A stretch of DNA of 59,547 nt, filler included, from Actinomycetota bacterium (GCA_046725875.1; 4 parts of 4 records of this genome joined end to end with filler, not necessarily neighbours in it); one strand, 5' to 3'. Positions 18,697-28,812 are shown, counted from the first letter of the whole stretch. A program made the numbers and translations. The notes: a model not told the origin generated them from the sequence alone.

Positions 18697-19644
18697 GTGA
18701 GCGGTGGTGAGGAGCGCGACGGGGTGTCGCTGACCAATCTCGACCAGCCGCTGTTCGATGGCGCAGAGGCAACCAAGCGGGACCTCGTCGACTATCTCGA
18801 TGCGGTTTACCGCCAGCTCATCGGCGTCTTGGAAGACCGGCCACTGTCGGTGATCCGCGTACTGCGCGGCCAGGCTCCGTTCATGCAGAAGAATGTGTCG
18901 AAGTACACGCCAGCCTGGGTGCCTCGCGTCAGCGTGTGGGCGGAGTCGTCGAGGCGCGAGGTCGCCTACGCGCTCTGCAACGACCGGCGCACCCTGCTGT
19001 GGTTCGCCAACCAGCGAGCCGTCGAATATCACCCGACGCTGGTCCGCGCCGACCGCTGGGATAGGCCGACCCATGTCGTGCTGGACATCGACCCGCCGGC
19101 CGGCGATGGATTCAAGCGTGCTGCCGTCGCGGCGCACCTCGTGCGGCGGGCCCTGGCGGGACTCGGGTTGGCGGGAGCCGTGAAGACGAGCGGGGCGAAG
19201 GGGCTGCACGTGTTCGTACCCCTCGACGGGGCGACGACGGAGGAAGCAGCTGCCGCCACCCGCGCAATCGCCGCTCGGGCCGAACGTCTCGACCCAACCG
19301 TGGCCACGACCGCCTTCATCCGCGAGGACCGAGGTGGCAAGGTCTTCATCGACTCGACTCGCTCGGGCGGAGCCTCGGTGGTTGCGGCCTACAGCCCACG
19401 AGTCCGCGCCGGCGTGCCGGTGTCATTCCCGGTCGGCTGGGACGACCTCGATCGCATCCTGCCTGGCGACTTCACGGTTCATACCGCGCCGAAGCTGATC
19501 GGCGACGGCGATCCGTGGGCGTACGACATGCCAGCACCGCAACGGCTGCCGGCCGAGCTGGTCGACGAGGGCCGCGCGATCCCGATTGCCCGCGTCCAAG
19601 CAATGCACGAAGGCAAGCGTCGCGCGCGTGCCCGCCGCGCCTGA
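18697..19644 (+). CDS. Second stand-alone LigD polymerase-domain protein
   Basis: LTNLDQPLF, FMQKN, VVLDIDPP, VKTSGAKGLHVFVP, VAAYSPR. Confidence 0.9.
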   Translation: MSGGEERDGVSLTNLDQPLFDGAEATKRDLVDYLDAVYRQLIGVLEDRPLSVIRVLRGQAPFMQKNVSKYTPAWVPRVSVWAESSRREVAYALCNDRRTLLWFANQRAVEYHPTLVRADRWDRPTHVVLDIDPPAGDGFKRAAVAAHLVRRALAGLGLAGAVKTSGAKGLHVFVPLDGATTEEAAAATRAIAARAERLDPTVATTAFIREDRGGKVFIDSTRSGGASVVAAYSPRVRAGVPVSFPVGWDDLDRILPGDFTVHTAPKLIGDGDPWAYDMPAPQRLPAELVDEGRAIPIARVQAMHEGKRRARARRA

Positions 19645-20033
19645 GGCCACCACCTTTGAGTGTGGCAAAAGCTACGCAGGCGCGCTGGCTTCGCTGCAGG
19701 CCGTGTCCGCGGTCGTCCTCGCCGTGGGCGTCGTCGTCTGGGCGTGGTGGGAACACAGCCGAAGCGGGGTGATGGAGCCTCACCGACACCCTCCTGGTGA
19801 TCAAGGTGGCGATCGGCATGTTCGCGGGGTGCTGTCGGCGCGTTGGCGGTATCGGCCGCCGGAAAGGACGACCGCGGCACGCCATCCCCGTCGCGGGGCT
19901 GCAACACAGCAGTGGGGCACGGCATACGCGCAGATGGTGGGCTTCGTTTACATGCCTTGGGGGGCAGGTACCGTGTCCTCGGACCTGGACCAGATGGGCA
20001 ACCCCGGTCAGACAGCGGGTCCGGAGGTGGAGC

Positions 20034-21752
20034 GTGGATCCTGACGTCGGGGGCGACGGCGACCGTCGGTCAACGCTTCCAAATCTCCGGCTTGATGATC
20101 TTCTGGAAGAGCTACAGGCCCGGATCACGGCGATCCGTGCGACCCGTGATCGCGTACAGAGCCTGCTCGACGCCGTGCTCGCGGTCGGTCGGGGCCTCGA
20201 GCTGGAGCTGGTGCTCCAACGGATCGTCGATACGGCCGCGATATTGGTTGATGCGACCTACGCCGCAATGGGCGTCCTAGGTGAGGGCGGGGAGATCGTT
20301 CGGTTCCTCACGGTTGGAGTCACACCGGAGCAGATCGAGCGCATCGGCCCTTATCCAAAGGGCCGCGGCATCCTCGGTGAGCTGATCCGTGATCCTCGAC
20401 CGCTTCGTCTTCATGACATCAGCAAGCATCCCGCATCGTTCGGCTTTCCACCGAACCATCCGCCGATGAAGACGTTCATCGGCGTGCCGGTTCGAGTCAG
20501 GGACACGGTCTTCGGCAACCTCTACCTGACCGAGAAGCGCGGTGGCGCCGACTTCGACGACGAGGACGAGCAGCTGCTCATGACGCTCGCCACCGCTGCG
20601 GGGATCGCGATCGAAAACGCGCGGCTCTACGGCGAGGTCCGCCGGCGGGAACACTGGCTGAAGGCCAGCTCGGAGATCTCGCAGCGACTTCTCTCGGGCG
20701 CGGAGACCAAGGAAGTCATTCCGCTGTTCGCCGCCGAAGCCATGAACGTCGCGGACGCCGACTTGGCCGCAATTGCCGTTCCAGTCGCGGGCACCAGTCG
20801 CCTGGTCGTCGAGGCCGCGGTGGGACTGCATGCGGATCAGGTGGAGGGGACCGCGCTTCCCCTGGAGGGAGGTTTCGCGAGTGAAACCTTTCGATCCGCC
20901 AAGCCGCTCGTCACGCCCGACGCGCGGGCCGACGAGCGGGGCAGACTTGCGTTCGACTCGGATGGTGTCTTCGGGCCGGTGCTCGCGATGCCGCTGGGCG
21001 AAGAGGGCCACCCGCGCGGTGTTCTCCTCGTTGCCCGGCGAGCCGGTAGCGTCCCGTTTGCCCCCTCCATCGCCGAGACGCTGTCTGCATTTGCCGGCCA
21101 GGCGGCGATCGCGCTCGAGCTTGCGGTAAGCAGGAAGGACGCCGAGCAGCTCACCGTCTTCCAGGATCGCGACCGGATCGCCAAGGACCTGCACGATCTG
21201 GCGATCCAGCGGCTGTTCGCGACCGGCATGACGCTCGAGGGTGCCAGCCGCCTGATCGACAACCCGTCTGCGGCAGAGCGCGTTGGCCGTGCCGTCGATG
21301 ACATCGACGAAACCATCAAGCTGATCCGGACCACAATCTTCTCGTTGCAGCAGCGGGACCAGGAGCTGGAGAAGCAGAGCCTGCGCGCGCGAATCCTGAA
21401 CGAGGTAGAGAGCGCGACCGAGGTTTTGGGCTTCGCACCGGCCCTGCGGCTCGAGGGTCCGATCGATACAACCGTGAGCGGGCAGACCGCCGAGAACGTG
21501 ATCGCCGTACTCAGGGAAGGCCTCTCGAACGCCGCTCGACACGCGTCCCCTAGCCGGGTCGAGGTCAGCCTCGTCGCCGGCGCTGAGGTGACCTTGCGGA
21601 TCTCGGATAACGGGGTTGGGCTGCCGGGGACGGTCAACCGGCGCGGTTTGCGCAACCTTGCGCAGCGCGCAGAGGCGCTCGGCGGCCACCTGACTGTCCG
21701 CCCAGGCGCTGAGCGGGGAACCCTCCTCGAGTGGCGCGTGCCGTGCGCCTAG
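20034..21752 (+). CDS. dosS: Dual-GAF sensor histidine kinase, DosS/DevS-like
   Basis: GAF-A GFPPNHPPMKTFIGVPV with the haem-ligand His; RDRIAKDLHDLAIQRLFA; EGLSNAARHA, DNGVG; GTG 20034 follows GGAGG. Confidence 0.88.
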   Translation: MDPDVGGDGDRRSTLPNLRLDDLLEELQARITAIRATRDRVQSLLDAVLAVGRGLELELVLQRIVDTAAILVDATYAAMGVLGEGGEIVRFLTVGVTPEQIERIGPYPKGRGILGELIRDPRPLRLHDISKHPASFGFPPNHPPMKTFIGVPVRVRDTVFGNLYLTEKRGGADFDDEDEQLLMTLATAAGIAIENARLYGEVRRREHWLKASSEISQRLLSGAETKEVIPLFAAEAMNVADADLAAIAVPVAGTSRLVVEAAVGLHADQVEGTALPLEGGFASETFRSAKPLVTPDARADERGRLAFDSDGVFGPVLAMPLGEEGHPRGVLLVARRAGSVPFAPSIAETLSAFAGQAAIALELAVSRKDAEQLTVFQDRDRIAKDLHDLAIQRLFATGMTLEGASRLIDNPSAAERVGRAVDDIDETIKLIRTTIFSLQQRDQELEKQSLRARILNEVESATEVLGFAPALRLEGPIDTTVSGQTAENVIAVLREGLSNAARHASPSRVEVSLVAGAEVTLRISDNGVGLPGTVNRRGLRNLAQRAEALGGHLTVRPGAERGTLLEWRVPCA

Positions 21753-21761
21753 TCCGCCGGC

Positions 21762-22196
21762 CTAGATCGCTTCGGTGACCTCCGGCACTGCGCTGACAGT
21801 GTGCTCGTTCGCGGTGATGCGACGACCCGTTACCACCTCGGCTGCAACCCGGAGGAGGTTGTCTCGGTCTCCTGGCGCCCACGGTGTCAGTGCCGCCATA
21901 AGCCGCTCGCGCTCGAACGGGTCGGTGATCTCGTGCACATGACCGATTACGGTCACACTCCATCCCGTCCTCGCGACCGGATCGATCTCGTCTGCTTCGA
22001 AGGCCACCACCCCGTCCCGGAGTACGGATGCCAGCTTCGTTCCAGGGCCGGTACGGAAGACTACGTGGCCGTCGTCGTAGATGAAGTTGACAGGCTGGAT
22101 TGCCGGCAGCGCTCGGATGGTAAAGACGACTCGACCGACGGGCGCACTTGCGAGTAGGGCAAGCGACTCGTCGCGGGAAAGGGTTTCGAGATTCAC
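21762..22196 (-). CDS. Pyridoxamine 5'-phosphate oxidase-like (FDOR) protein
   Basis: LSRDESLALL...VGRVVF...PVNF...VFRTGPGTKL...VAFEAD...GWSVTVIG. Confidence 0.88.
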   Translation of the reverse strand: MNLETLSRDESLALLASAPVGRVVFTIRALPAIQPVNFIYDDGHVVFRTGPGTKLASVLRDGVVAFEADEIDPVARTGWSVTVIGHVHEITDPFERERLMAALTPWAPGDRDNLLRVAAEVVTGRRITANEHTVSAVPEVTEAI

Positions 22197-22229
22197 GCCG
22201 TCCAGCGTCCGCCGGATGTGGTGTGGCAC

Positions 22230-22249
22230 ACAGTGCCGAAGGTCCCGTC
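22230..22249. promoter_or_regulatory. DosR-box-like site
   Basis: Core GTGCCGAAGGTCCC (22233-22246) upstream of the FDOR gene. Confidence 0.55.
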
Positions 22250-22308
22250 CTCCAGGGTCCGACCGGCTGTTCGTTTGATCGTGCGACCGGCTCCTCGGGG
22301 GCGGCACG

Positions 22309-22974
22309 CTAGCGGTGATCGGCGTCGTCCTGCTTGAGCTGGGTCGCGTACACGGCCGCCTGGACGCGGCGTTCCATACCGAGCTTCGCAAGCAGACTTG
22401 AGACGTAGTTCTTCACGGTCTTCTCAGCCAGGTAGAGCCGCTCGCCGATCTGACGGTTGGTCAAACCTTCGCCGATGAGGTCGAGGATGCGGCGCTCCTG
22501 ATCACTGAGACCAGACAGCGGATCGGGGCGTTGCGCGCCGGCGCGCAGCCGCGCCATGACCTGGCTGGCCGCCTTCGGATCGAGCATCGAGCCGCCACTT
22601 GCGACCGTTCGGATTGCGTTGACCAGATCGGTTCCGCGAACCTGCTTGAGCACATACCCGGCGGCGCCGGCCATGATCGAGTCGAAGAGTGCCTCGTCGT
22701 CGGCGAAAGAGGTGAGCATCAGGCACGCGACCTGCGGCATCTGGGATCTGATCTCGCGGCAGACAGTTACGCCGTCTCCGTCGGGGAGGCGGACATCCAG
22801 CACCGCGACGTGCGGACGCAGCGCCGGGATGCGAGCGAGCGCCTCACGGGCGGTCGCAGCCTCGCCGACAACTTGCAGGTCCGGCTCAGCATCGAGCAGA
22901 TCACCGATGCCACGCCGTACAACTTCGTGGTCGTCAAGAAGGAAGACCCGGATGTCCCCTGCGTGGTCGCTCAT
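22309..22974 (-). CDS. dosR: NarL/LuxR response regulator, DosR/DevR-like
   Basis: [72 protein letters not shown]-7 bp-ATG. Confidence 0.9.
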   Translation of the reverse strand: MSDHAGDIRVFLLDDHEVVRRGIGDLLDAEPDLQVVGEAATAREALARIPALRPHVAVLDVRLPDGDGVTVCREIRSQMPQVACLMLTSFADDEALFDSIMAGAAGYVLKQVRGTDLVNAIRTVASGGSMLDPKAASQVMARLRAGAQRPDPLSGLSDQERRILDLIGEGLTNRQIGERLYLAEKTVKNYVSSLLAKLGMERRVQAAVYATQLKQDDADHR

Positions 22975-23008
22975 GGTCACCAGGCTAACGGCCGTCAGTC
23001 GCTGTGCG

Positions 23009-23028
23009 GTCGGGCCGAAAGTCCCGAA
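23009..23028. promoter_or_regulatory. DosR box upstream of dosR (autoregulation)
   Basis: GTCGGGCCGAAAGTCCCGAA matches 17/20 of TTSGGGACTWWAGTCCCSAA. Confidence 0.75.
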
Positions 23029-23104
23029 CAAGCTGTGATCCCCGAAAGCCGCCCTGCCACGACCGGCGAATCCCCTCAGGCCAGTGTTGCCAAACCGTCC
23101 GTTG

Positions 23105-24989
23105 TCAGTCGGCCTGCCGTAGCAGCGGACGCAGCGCGTCCAGTGTGGCGACGTCTTCGATGGTGGACGGGACCGGTTCGTCGTGGCCCGCGGCGATACC
23201 GCGCATGGTCTTGCGAAGTATCTTGCCCGACCTGGTCTTGGGCAGTGCCGCCACGACGTTGACGTCGCGGAAGGCTGCCACGGGGCCGATCTGCTCGCGG
23301 ACCAGCTGAACCAGCTCCGCCTGGAGCCTGGCCTCGTCGACCTCGCTGCCGACCTTCAGAACCACGAAACCGCGCGGTACCTGTCCCTTTAGTTCGTCGA
23401 CAACGCCTATTACCGCACACTCGGCGACCGCGGGATGGCCGGCCAGCGCCTGCTCCAAAGCTCCGGTGGACAGCCGGTGACCGGCCACGTTGATCACGTC
23501 GTCGACGCGGCCCATGACGTGCAGGTAGCCGTCGGCATCCCGCCGCCCACCGTCACCCGTGACGTAGCAGCCGGGATACCGCGACAGGTACGAGGAGACG
23601 TAACGCCGGTCGTCGCCCCACAGCGTAGGCAGGCATCCCGGTGGCAGTGGCAGCCGGATCACGATCTCCCCGTCTACGCCGGGCGGCACCTCAGCGCCGG
23701 TTGGGTCGACCACCCGCACGTCATAGCCGGGTACCGGAAACGTGGCCGATCCGGGCTTGGTCGGCACCAGCTCAAGGCCGGCGAGGTTCGCGACGATCGG
23801 CCAGCCCGTTTCCGTCTGCCACCAATGGTCGATGACCGGGATGGCGAGGTGGTCGCGCGCCCACTGGTAGGTCTCGGGGTCGAGCCGCTCACGGCCAGGA
23901 ACAGGTATCGAAAGCCCGAGAGGTCGTGCTCCCCGTACCCCAACACCGGCCGGATCCTCTCGGCGAATCGCCCGGAATGCGGTAGGCGCGGTGAACAGCG
24001 TCTTCACGCCATGCTCGGAGATCACCCGCCAGAAGGTCCCGGCGTCTGGGGTGCCCACCGGCTTGCCCTCGTACAGAACTGTCGTACAGCCGGTGAGCAG
24101 CGGGGCGTAGACGATGTAGGAGTGTCCGACCACCCAGCCGATGTCCGAGGCCGCCCAGTACACCTCACCGGGTTGGGTGTCGTAGATGAATTCCATACTC
24201 CAGCGCAGCGCCACGGCATGCCCGCCGTTGTCCCGGACGACGCCTTTGGGCTTCGCGGTAGTGCCTGACGTGTACAGGATGTAAAGGGGGTCGGTCGCGC
24301 CCACCGGCACGCAGTCAGCGGGCTGGGCGGTGCCGACGGTCTCCGCCCAGTCCAGGTCACGGCCCGAGACCAGGTTGGCCGTCGCCTGCGGGCGTTGCAG
24401 GATTACGCAGGCCTGCGGCTTGTGCGCGGACAACTCGATCGCCCGATCGAGGATCGGCTTGTACTCCACAACGCGGGCGATCTCAATCCCGCAGGAGGCG
24501 GACACGATCACTTTCGGGGCGGCGTCGTCGATGCGCAGCGCTAGCTCGTTGGCGGCGAATCCACCGAACACCACGGAGTGCACGGCACCAATCCGGGCAC
24601 AGGCCAACATCGCCACGACGGCCTCGGGGACCATCGGCATGTAGATGACGACCCGGTCGCCGGTCGCGACGCCCAAGCTGCGCAGCAGACCCGCGAATCG
24701 GGCCACCTCATCCAGCAGTTGGCGGTACGTGAGGGTGCGCTTGGTCGCGGTCACCGGACTGTCGTAGATCAGGGCGGCCTGGTCCGCCCGGCCGGCGGCC
24801 ACGTGCCGGTCGAGCGCATTTGAAGCAGGTGTTGAGGACCCCATCCGTGAACCAGCGGTAGAACGGGACCTTCGAGGTGTCGAGAACGACCGAAGGCTGC
24901 CGATACCAGTCGATGGCCTTGGCTGCTTCGCCCCAGAACCCATCCGGATCCGTGACACTTCGGCGGAACGCTTCTATATAGCGGCCCAT
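23105..24989 (-). pseudogene. prpE: Propionyl-CoA synthetase (acetate-CoA ligase family), frameshifted
   Basis: The N-terminus MGRY...DPDGFW...WFTDGVLNTCF is in a different frame from NALDRHV (extra base near 24820). YTSGTTAKPKG, DHWWQTETG and [10 protein letters not shown] are present. A further compensating indel pair lies near 23933 and 23893. Confidence 0.8.
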
Positions 24990-25167
24990 CGCGACACCTT
25001 CCCTTCCCGGCTTGATCAGCGGCCGGACCGGCAGCACCGACACTTACCAGCCTCGGCAAGACATGCTCCCACCGACCCATAATGTTCCCCCTTGCTCGCT
25101 TTACGGACGGGAGCGCCGCTTTAGGACTGGTCTGGTGAAACCGACAGATCGGACGAAATTTCTACTA

Positions 25168-25797
25168 CTAGACGTAAAGCGGCGTTCGGAACCTGACGTC
25201 CGCGTACGACCAGTTGGGCGTGTAGCGGGAAAGGGTGCCGCGGACCACGGTGCGGATCGCCTGGCACACCTGAGGCTGAACGCGGCGATCGGTGGTGATC
25301 TCGACGTCGATCGTTCCCCGTCGTTCCCGCAGGCTCACGGCCAGCTCTCGGTGGCCCGTCATCTGCTGCGCCACTCGGGCCGCGGCGGTGACGACGGCGC
25401 GATGCGCGGTCGCGCCAACCGCGGAGGCCGCCGCCGTGCATGCGTCCACAACCTGCTCGGGGTCACAGGTTATGTCGGCGTCGCTCCACGGGGCGAGCCG
25501 CCGGTCGGACACCGGCCCGCAGACGACCAGAGGTGTGCCGTTCCGCACAGCGCACATTGCACCAAGGAACTCCCGGACCGTGAGGGGACCTTCGTGGGTC
25601 CGGACGTCCACGGCGACGGCAACGTCGGGATCGGCGAGCGGGCACCGGCCACCGGTCGACGTACCCACACACTGGGCACTGGACTGGCCAAGCGCGTGGC
25701 AGTACGTGATCTCATGACCGACCGCGCTCAAGCGGCAGGCGACGTCCGTAGCGCCGCCGGGCAGCTGCTCCGTGACCAGGATCTTCATAGTCCTCAC
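25168..25797 (-). CDS. Cys-rich hypothetical protein coupled to the USP gene
   Basis: MKILVTE...GHEITYCH...CVG...CPL...VAVDVR; GTGA overlap with the USP stop. Confidence 0.7.
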   Translation of the reverse strand: MRTMKILVTEQLPGGATDVACRLSAVGHEITYCHALGQSSAQCVGTSTGGRCPLADPDVAVAVDVRTHEGPLTVREFLGAMCAVRNGTPLVVCGPVSDRRLAPWSDADITCDPEQVVDACTAAASAVGATAHRAVVTAAARVAQQMTGHRELAVSLRERRGTIDVEITTDRRVQPQVCQAIRTVVRGTLSRYTPNWSYADVRFRTPLYV

Positions 25798-26702
25798 CTC
25801 GATTTGTGGTCTTCGACACCGTGGTGCACGATCGCGACCGGGCTCGTGGCGTGATGCAGCACCTGCTGGCTGACCGAGCCGAGCCGGAGACCGGCGAAAC
25901 CGCCGGAACCGCGGGCACCGACGACGACAAGCTGCGCCCTCCTCGATGCCTGGACAAGCGCGTGTGCAGGTCTGTCCCGGACGAGTTCGGCCCTGATCTC
26001 CACGTCCGGGAACTTGGGTTGCCAGGCGTCTACGGCCGCGTCCAGCAGGTCGCGTTGGGTCTCGATCACCGTCTCGTCATCCTGCTCGTCGGCGGCTGGT
26101 ATGCCGTAGATCGCTGGCGTGCGTGGAAGGGCGCTGATAAAGGCCAGCGGAGCCTTGAGGCGGTCCGCTTCGGCGAGCGCGAACTCGCTGGTCGTGGCCG
26201 ACTTCTCAGGGTCCTCGACGCCCACGACGACCGTGGCACCTGCCGGTTGCCCACGGCGGGGTGTGAGCGCCCGGGTCACGACGACCGGGGAGGGCGCATG
26301 AGCCGCTAGCTGGCTGCTTACCGAGCCAAGCACGACTCCGGCGAAGCCGCCGAGTCCGCGCGAACCGACGACCACCAGCTCGGCGTACCGCGCCTCGGCC
26401 AACATGGCGGGCCCTGCGCCACCGGTTCGGATCAGCCCCTCGACGACCAGCCCCGGGGAGCGCGACGACGCCCGTCGCACAGCCTCGTCGAGGATGCCCT
26501 GCGCCGCCGCTCGTAGCCCGCTGCTTGGCGGGCCCGCCGGGAACGGGCCGAGCGGAACGTGATCGTACAGGGGCCAGATGAACGCGTGGACCACCCGCAA
26601 CCGACGGTGCCGGTCGAGTGCCTCACCGACCGCCCAGTCGACGGCCGCAAGAGCGGCCGCGGATCCGTCAACGCCGACGACAACAGGACGTTCGGACAAC
26701 AT
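25794..26702 (-). CDS. Tandem-domain universal stress protein
   Basis: PVVVGVDGS, VVGSRGLGGFAGVVLGSVS, VVGARGSGGFAGLRLGSVS; ATG 26702 follows GGAGG. Confidence 0.93.
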   Translation of the reverse strand: MLSERPVVVGVDGSAAALAAVDWAVGEALDRHRRLRVVHAFIWPLYDHVPLGPFPAGPPSSGLRAAAQGILDEAVRRASSRSPGLVVEGLIRTGGAGPAMLAEARYAELVVVGSRGLGGFAGVVLGSVSSQLAAHAPSPVVVTRALTPRRGQPAGATVVVGVEDPEKSATTSEFALAEADRLKAPLAFISALPRTPAIYGIPAADEQDDETVIETQRDLLDAAVDAWQPKFPDVEIRAELVRDRPAHALVQASRRAQLVVVGARGSGGFAGLRLGSVSQQVLHHATSPVAIVHHGVEDHKSR

Positions 26703-26751
26703 TGCGGACCACCTCCGATCCCAATGTCGTTCTGTGGACAGTCGTTGTCCG

Positions 26752-26791
26752 GAGGCTTCCGGCCCAGATGGGTAAGGGCGAACGGCCCTAG
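26752..26791. promoter_or_regulatory. Tandem DosR-box-like sites upstream of the USP gene
   Basis: Minus-strand cores GGGCCGTTCGCCCT (26775-26788) and GGGCCGGAAGCCTC (26752-26765). Confidence 0.6.
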
Positions 26792-26832
26792 GGCGCCGGC
26801 GATCGGCCGCGCGAGGCTGGTGCCAGACGTGG

Positions 26833-27039
26833 ATGGCGGCCATCGAGGACGACCTGCGCAACTTCGTGACCGGCCGGCTGCACATGCTTGACGAGCAGCT
26901 TCGATGGCAGTGCGAGCAGGCGATTCGCAACTACGACCCGTGCATCTCCTGCTCCACCCACTTCCTCGATGTCGGCGTGCGGGTCTTGTCTGAGCCGTGG
27001 GACGCCGTCGCCGCCTGGCGGACTCAAGGCCGTGGTTAG
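26833..27039 (+). pseudogene. C-terminal remnant of a [NiFe]-hydrogenase large subunit (group 3b-like)
   Basis: AAIEDDLR...CEQAIRNYDPCISCSTHFL carries the L2 motif; the rest of the subunit is missing. Confidence 0.85.
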
Positions 27040-27358
27040 CGTGACCCGTCCCAGTATCGGACGACTGGAATCCCGGTGCCGCCACAGCAGGCAGCATCGC
27101 GCCTCTCGGGCGGGTGGCCTCGCGATCGAGGGCCGGGACTTCTCCTTGGGACTTGCTCGTTGGGGCTTGGACTGCCACCTGCGGTTCGCCGGCGGATGGG
27201 CGATATCGAGAATCTCGTGCTCGATGAGCTCGGCTGGGTCGGCTGACCTGCGGCCAGCAACTCGTCGCATAAGGCCAAACAGCAAACGACCCGTCGCCCC
27301 CTAGTCATCGGGACAAACTGATCGTATATTTCGCGCATCCAACTCGGGAGGTGGGTCG

Positions 27359-27871
27359 ATGAGCTTCACGAACCGGGAGTGGTGGGCGTTAGTGCACGGG
27401 ATGGGGCTCGGCGCCCTGTTCCTGCTCGCGTTCGCCGGCGGGCTTGCCGAGCTGTGGGGGCTTCGGCCGGCGCTGGCGACGCGGACCGGTCTCCTTGAAC
27501 GAGTCCGCCGGCTTCGGATCGGCGTCACCGGGATGGCGGTGGTCGCGTGGGCCACGGTTGTTACCGGAACATGGGTCGTCTACCCGTGGTATCGCGACCC
27601 AGCAGAGTCCAGCCCGCGTTCCAAGCTGCTCGCCAACCCGGACACGGAGGACTGGCACAAGTTCGGGATGGAGTGGAAGGAGCACATCGCCTGGATCAGC
27701 CCGATCCTCGCCACGACTGTCGCGTTCATCGTCCTCTACTACGGGCCGGCGCTGGCCCGACACGACCGGGTGCGGCGTACGGCGCTGCTGCTGTTCGTGC
27801 TCGCGTTCCTGTTCGCAGCGGTGGCGGGCGCCTTCGGTGCGTTCATCACGAAGGTCGAACCAGTCCAATAG
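27359..27871 (+). CDS. Uncharacterised 4-TM membrane protein
   Basis: GGAGG RBS; VHGMGLG, VYPWYR, WHKFGMEWKEH; four hydrophobic segments. Confidence 0.85.
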   Translation: MSFTNREWWALVHGMGLGALFLLAFAGGLAELWGLRPALATRTGLLERVRRLRIGVTGMAVVAWATVVTGTWVVYPWYRDPAESSPRSKLLANPDTEDWHKFGMEWKEHIAWISPILATTVAFIVLYYGPALARHDRVRRTALLLFVLAFLFAAVAGAFGAFITKVEPVQ

Positions 27872-27887
27872 CAGGAGGTCCACCGTA

Positions 27888-28274
27888 ATGGCAGAGAACA
27901 CGGTTGCTGAACCAGGCGGCACATACGAGGAGCGAGAGGCGCTTGATGTCGGTGCTGACAAGCCGGAAGGCCCGGTCTCTGCGGCGATCATCGCCGCCGG
28001 GATCGGCGCCACCGCGCTCGGTGTCGTCACCACGGTGGCCGAGGCCAACGAGAGCTTCAACGACTGGCTCTCGTGGAGCGACGATGTCGGCCCGCTCTCC
28101 GGCAAGACCATCCTGGCGGTGGCGGCATGGCTGGTCTCGTGGGCGATCCTGCACCTCTTGCTTCGTAACAGGGAGTACGAGACGCGACGCGCCCTCGTAA
28201 TCGGACTGATTCTCATCGCCGTGGGGCTCGTTGGGACCTTCCCCACCTTCTTCGAAGCCTTTGCACCCGACTAG
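27888..28274 (+). CDS. Uncharacterised 3-TM membrane protein
   Basis: AGGAGG RBS then ATG 27888 (MAENTVAE); KPEGPVSAA, VGPLSGKT, TFPTFF. Confidence 0.85.
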   Translation: MAENTVAEPGGTYEEREALDVGADKPEGPVSAAIIAAGIGATALGVVTTVAEANESFNDWLSWSDDVGPLSGKTILAVAAWLVSWAILHLLLRNREYETRRALVIGLILIAVGLVGTFPTFFEAFAPD

Positions 28275-28314
28275 CTCGGTCGGGTCAGGCCAGGGGGCCC
28301 GCTAGCGTTGCGAC

Positions 28315-28740
28315 ATGAGCGCCATCCCGGAAAGCGCACGGGCCCTTCTTGCCTCGGCAGCCCTAGCCCATGTCGTCACCCAGCAGACCGACGGCACGCC
28401 GCAAGTCTCCGTGGTCTGGGTTGGGCTCGACGGGGACGAGGTCCTAATCGGCACTCAGCCGGGAAACGCCAAGGTACGCAACCTCCGCCGCAATCCCAGG
28501 ATCATTCTGTCGATCCAGGGAACCGAGCTCGTCCATGGATTCCTGCTCGAGCACCTGCTGCTAATCGGTCGAGCAACGATTGATGAGGCTGGGCCGGCCG
28601 CATGGCTCGCGCTGATGGACAGCTTGTCTGAGGTCTACGTCGGTAAGCCGTATCCGTACCGGGCCGGTGGCGACCAAGGAGTCATCGTCCGTGTTGAAGT
28701 CGAACGGGTTGCTGGTGTCGGACCTTGGGTCACGCCCTAA
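28315..28740 (+). CDS. PPOX-class probable F420-dependent oxidoreductase
   Basis: DGTPQVSVVW, AKVRNLRRNPRI, YVGKPYP; TAGCGT-6 bp-ATG. Confidence 0.85.
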   Translation: MSAIPESARALLASAALAHVVTQQTDGTPQVSVVWVGLDGDEVLIGTQPGNAKVRNLRRNPRIILSIQGTELVHGFLLEHLLLIGRATIDEAGPAAWLALMDSLSEVYVGKPYPYRAGGDQGVIVRVEVERVAGVGPWVTP

Positions 28741-28812
28741 AACCCCGTCGACGCGTGGAGGACGTTGGCATCATGCCGCTGACGGTCGGCACCAGTGAAC
28801 AGCCTGTGGTAC

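Noticed and set aside
19645..20033. Possible small membrane ORF or N-terminal extension of the sensor kinase
   Set aside because: Only one hydrophobic stretch and no credible start; the kinase has a good RBS at 20034.
24810..24830. Programmed frameshift in prpE
   Set aside because: No slippery heptamer, and additional indels lie downstream; decay or sequencing error is simpler.
11977..27039. Ni transporter and hydrogenase remnant as one locus
   Set aside because: They are on different contigs; adjacency across the spacer is arbitrary.
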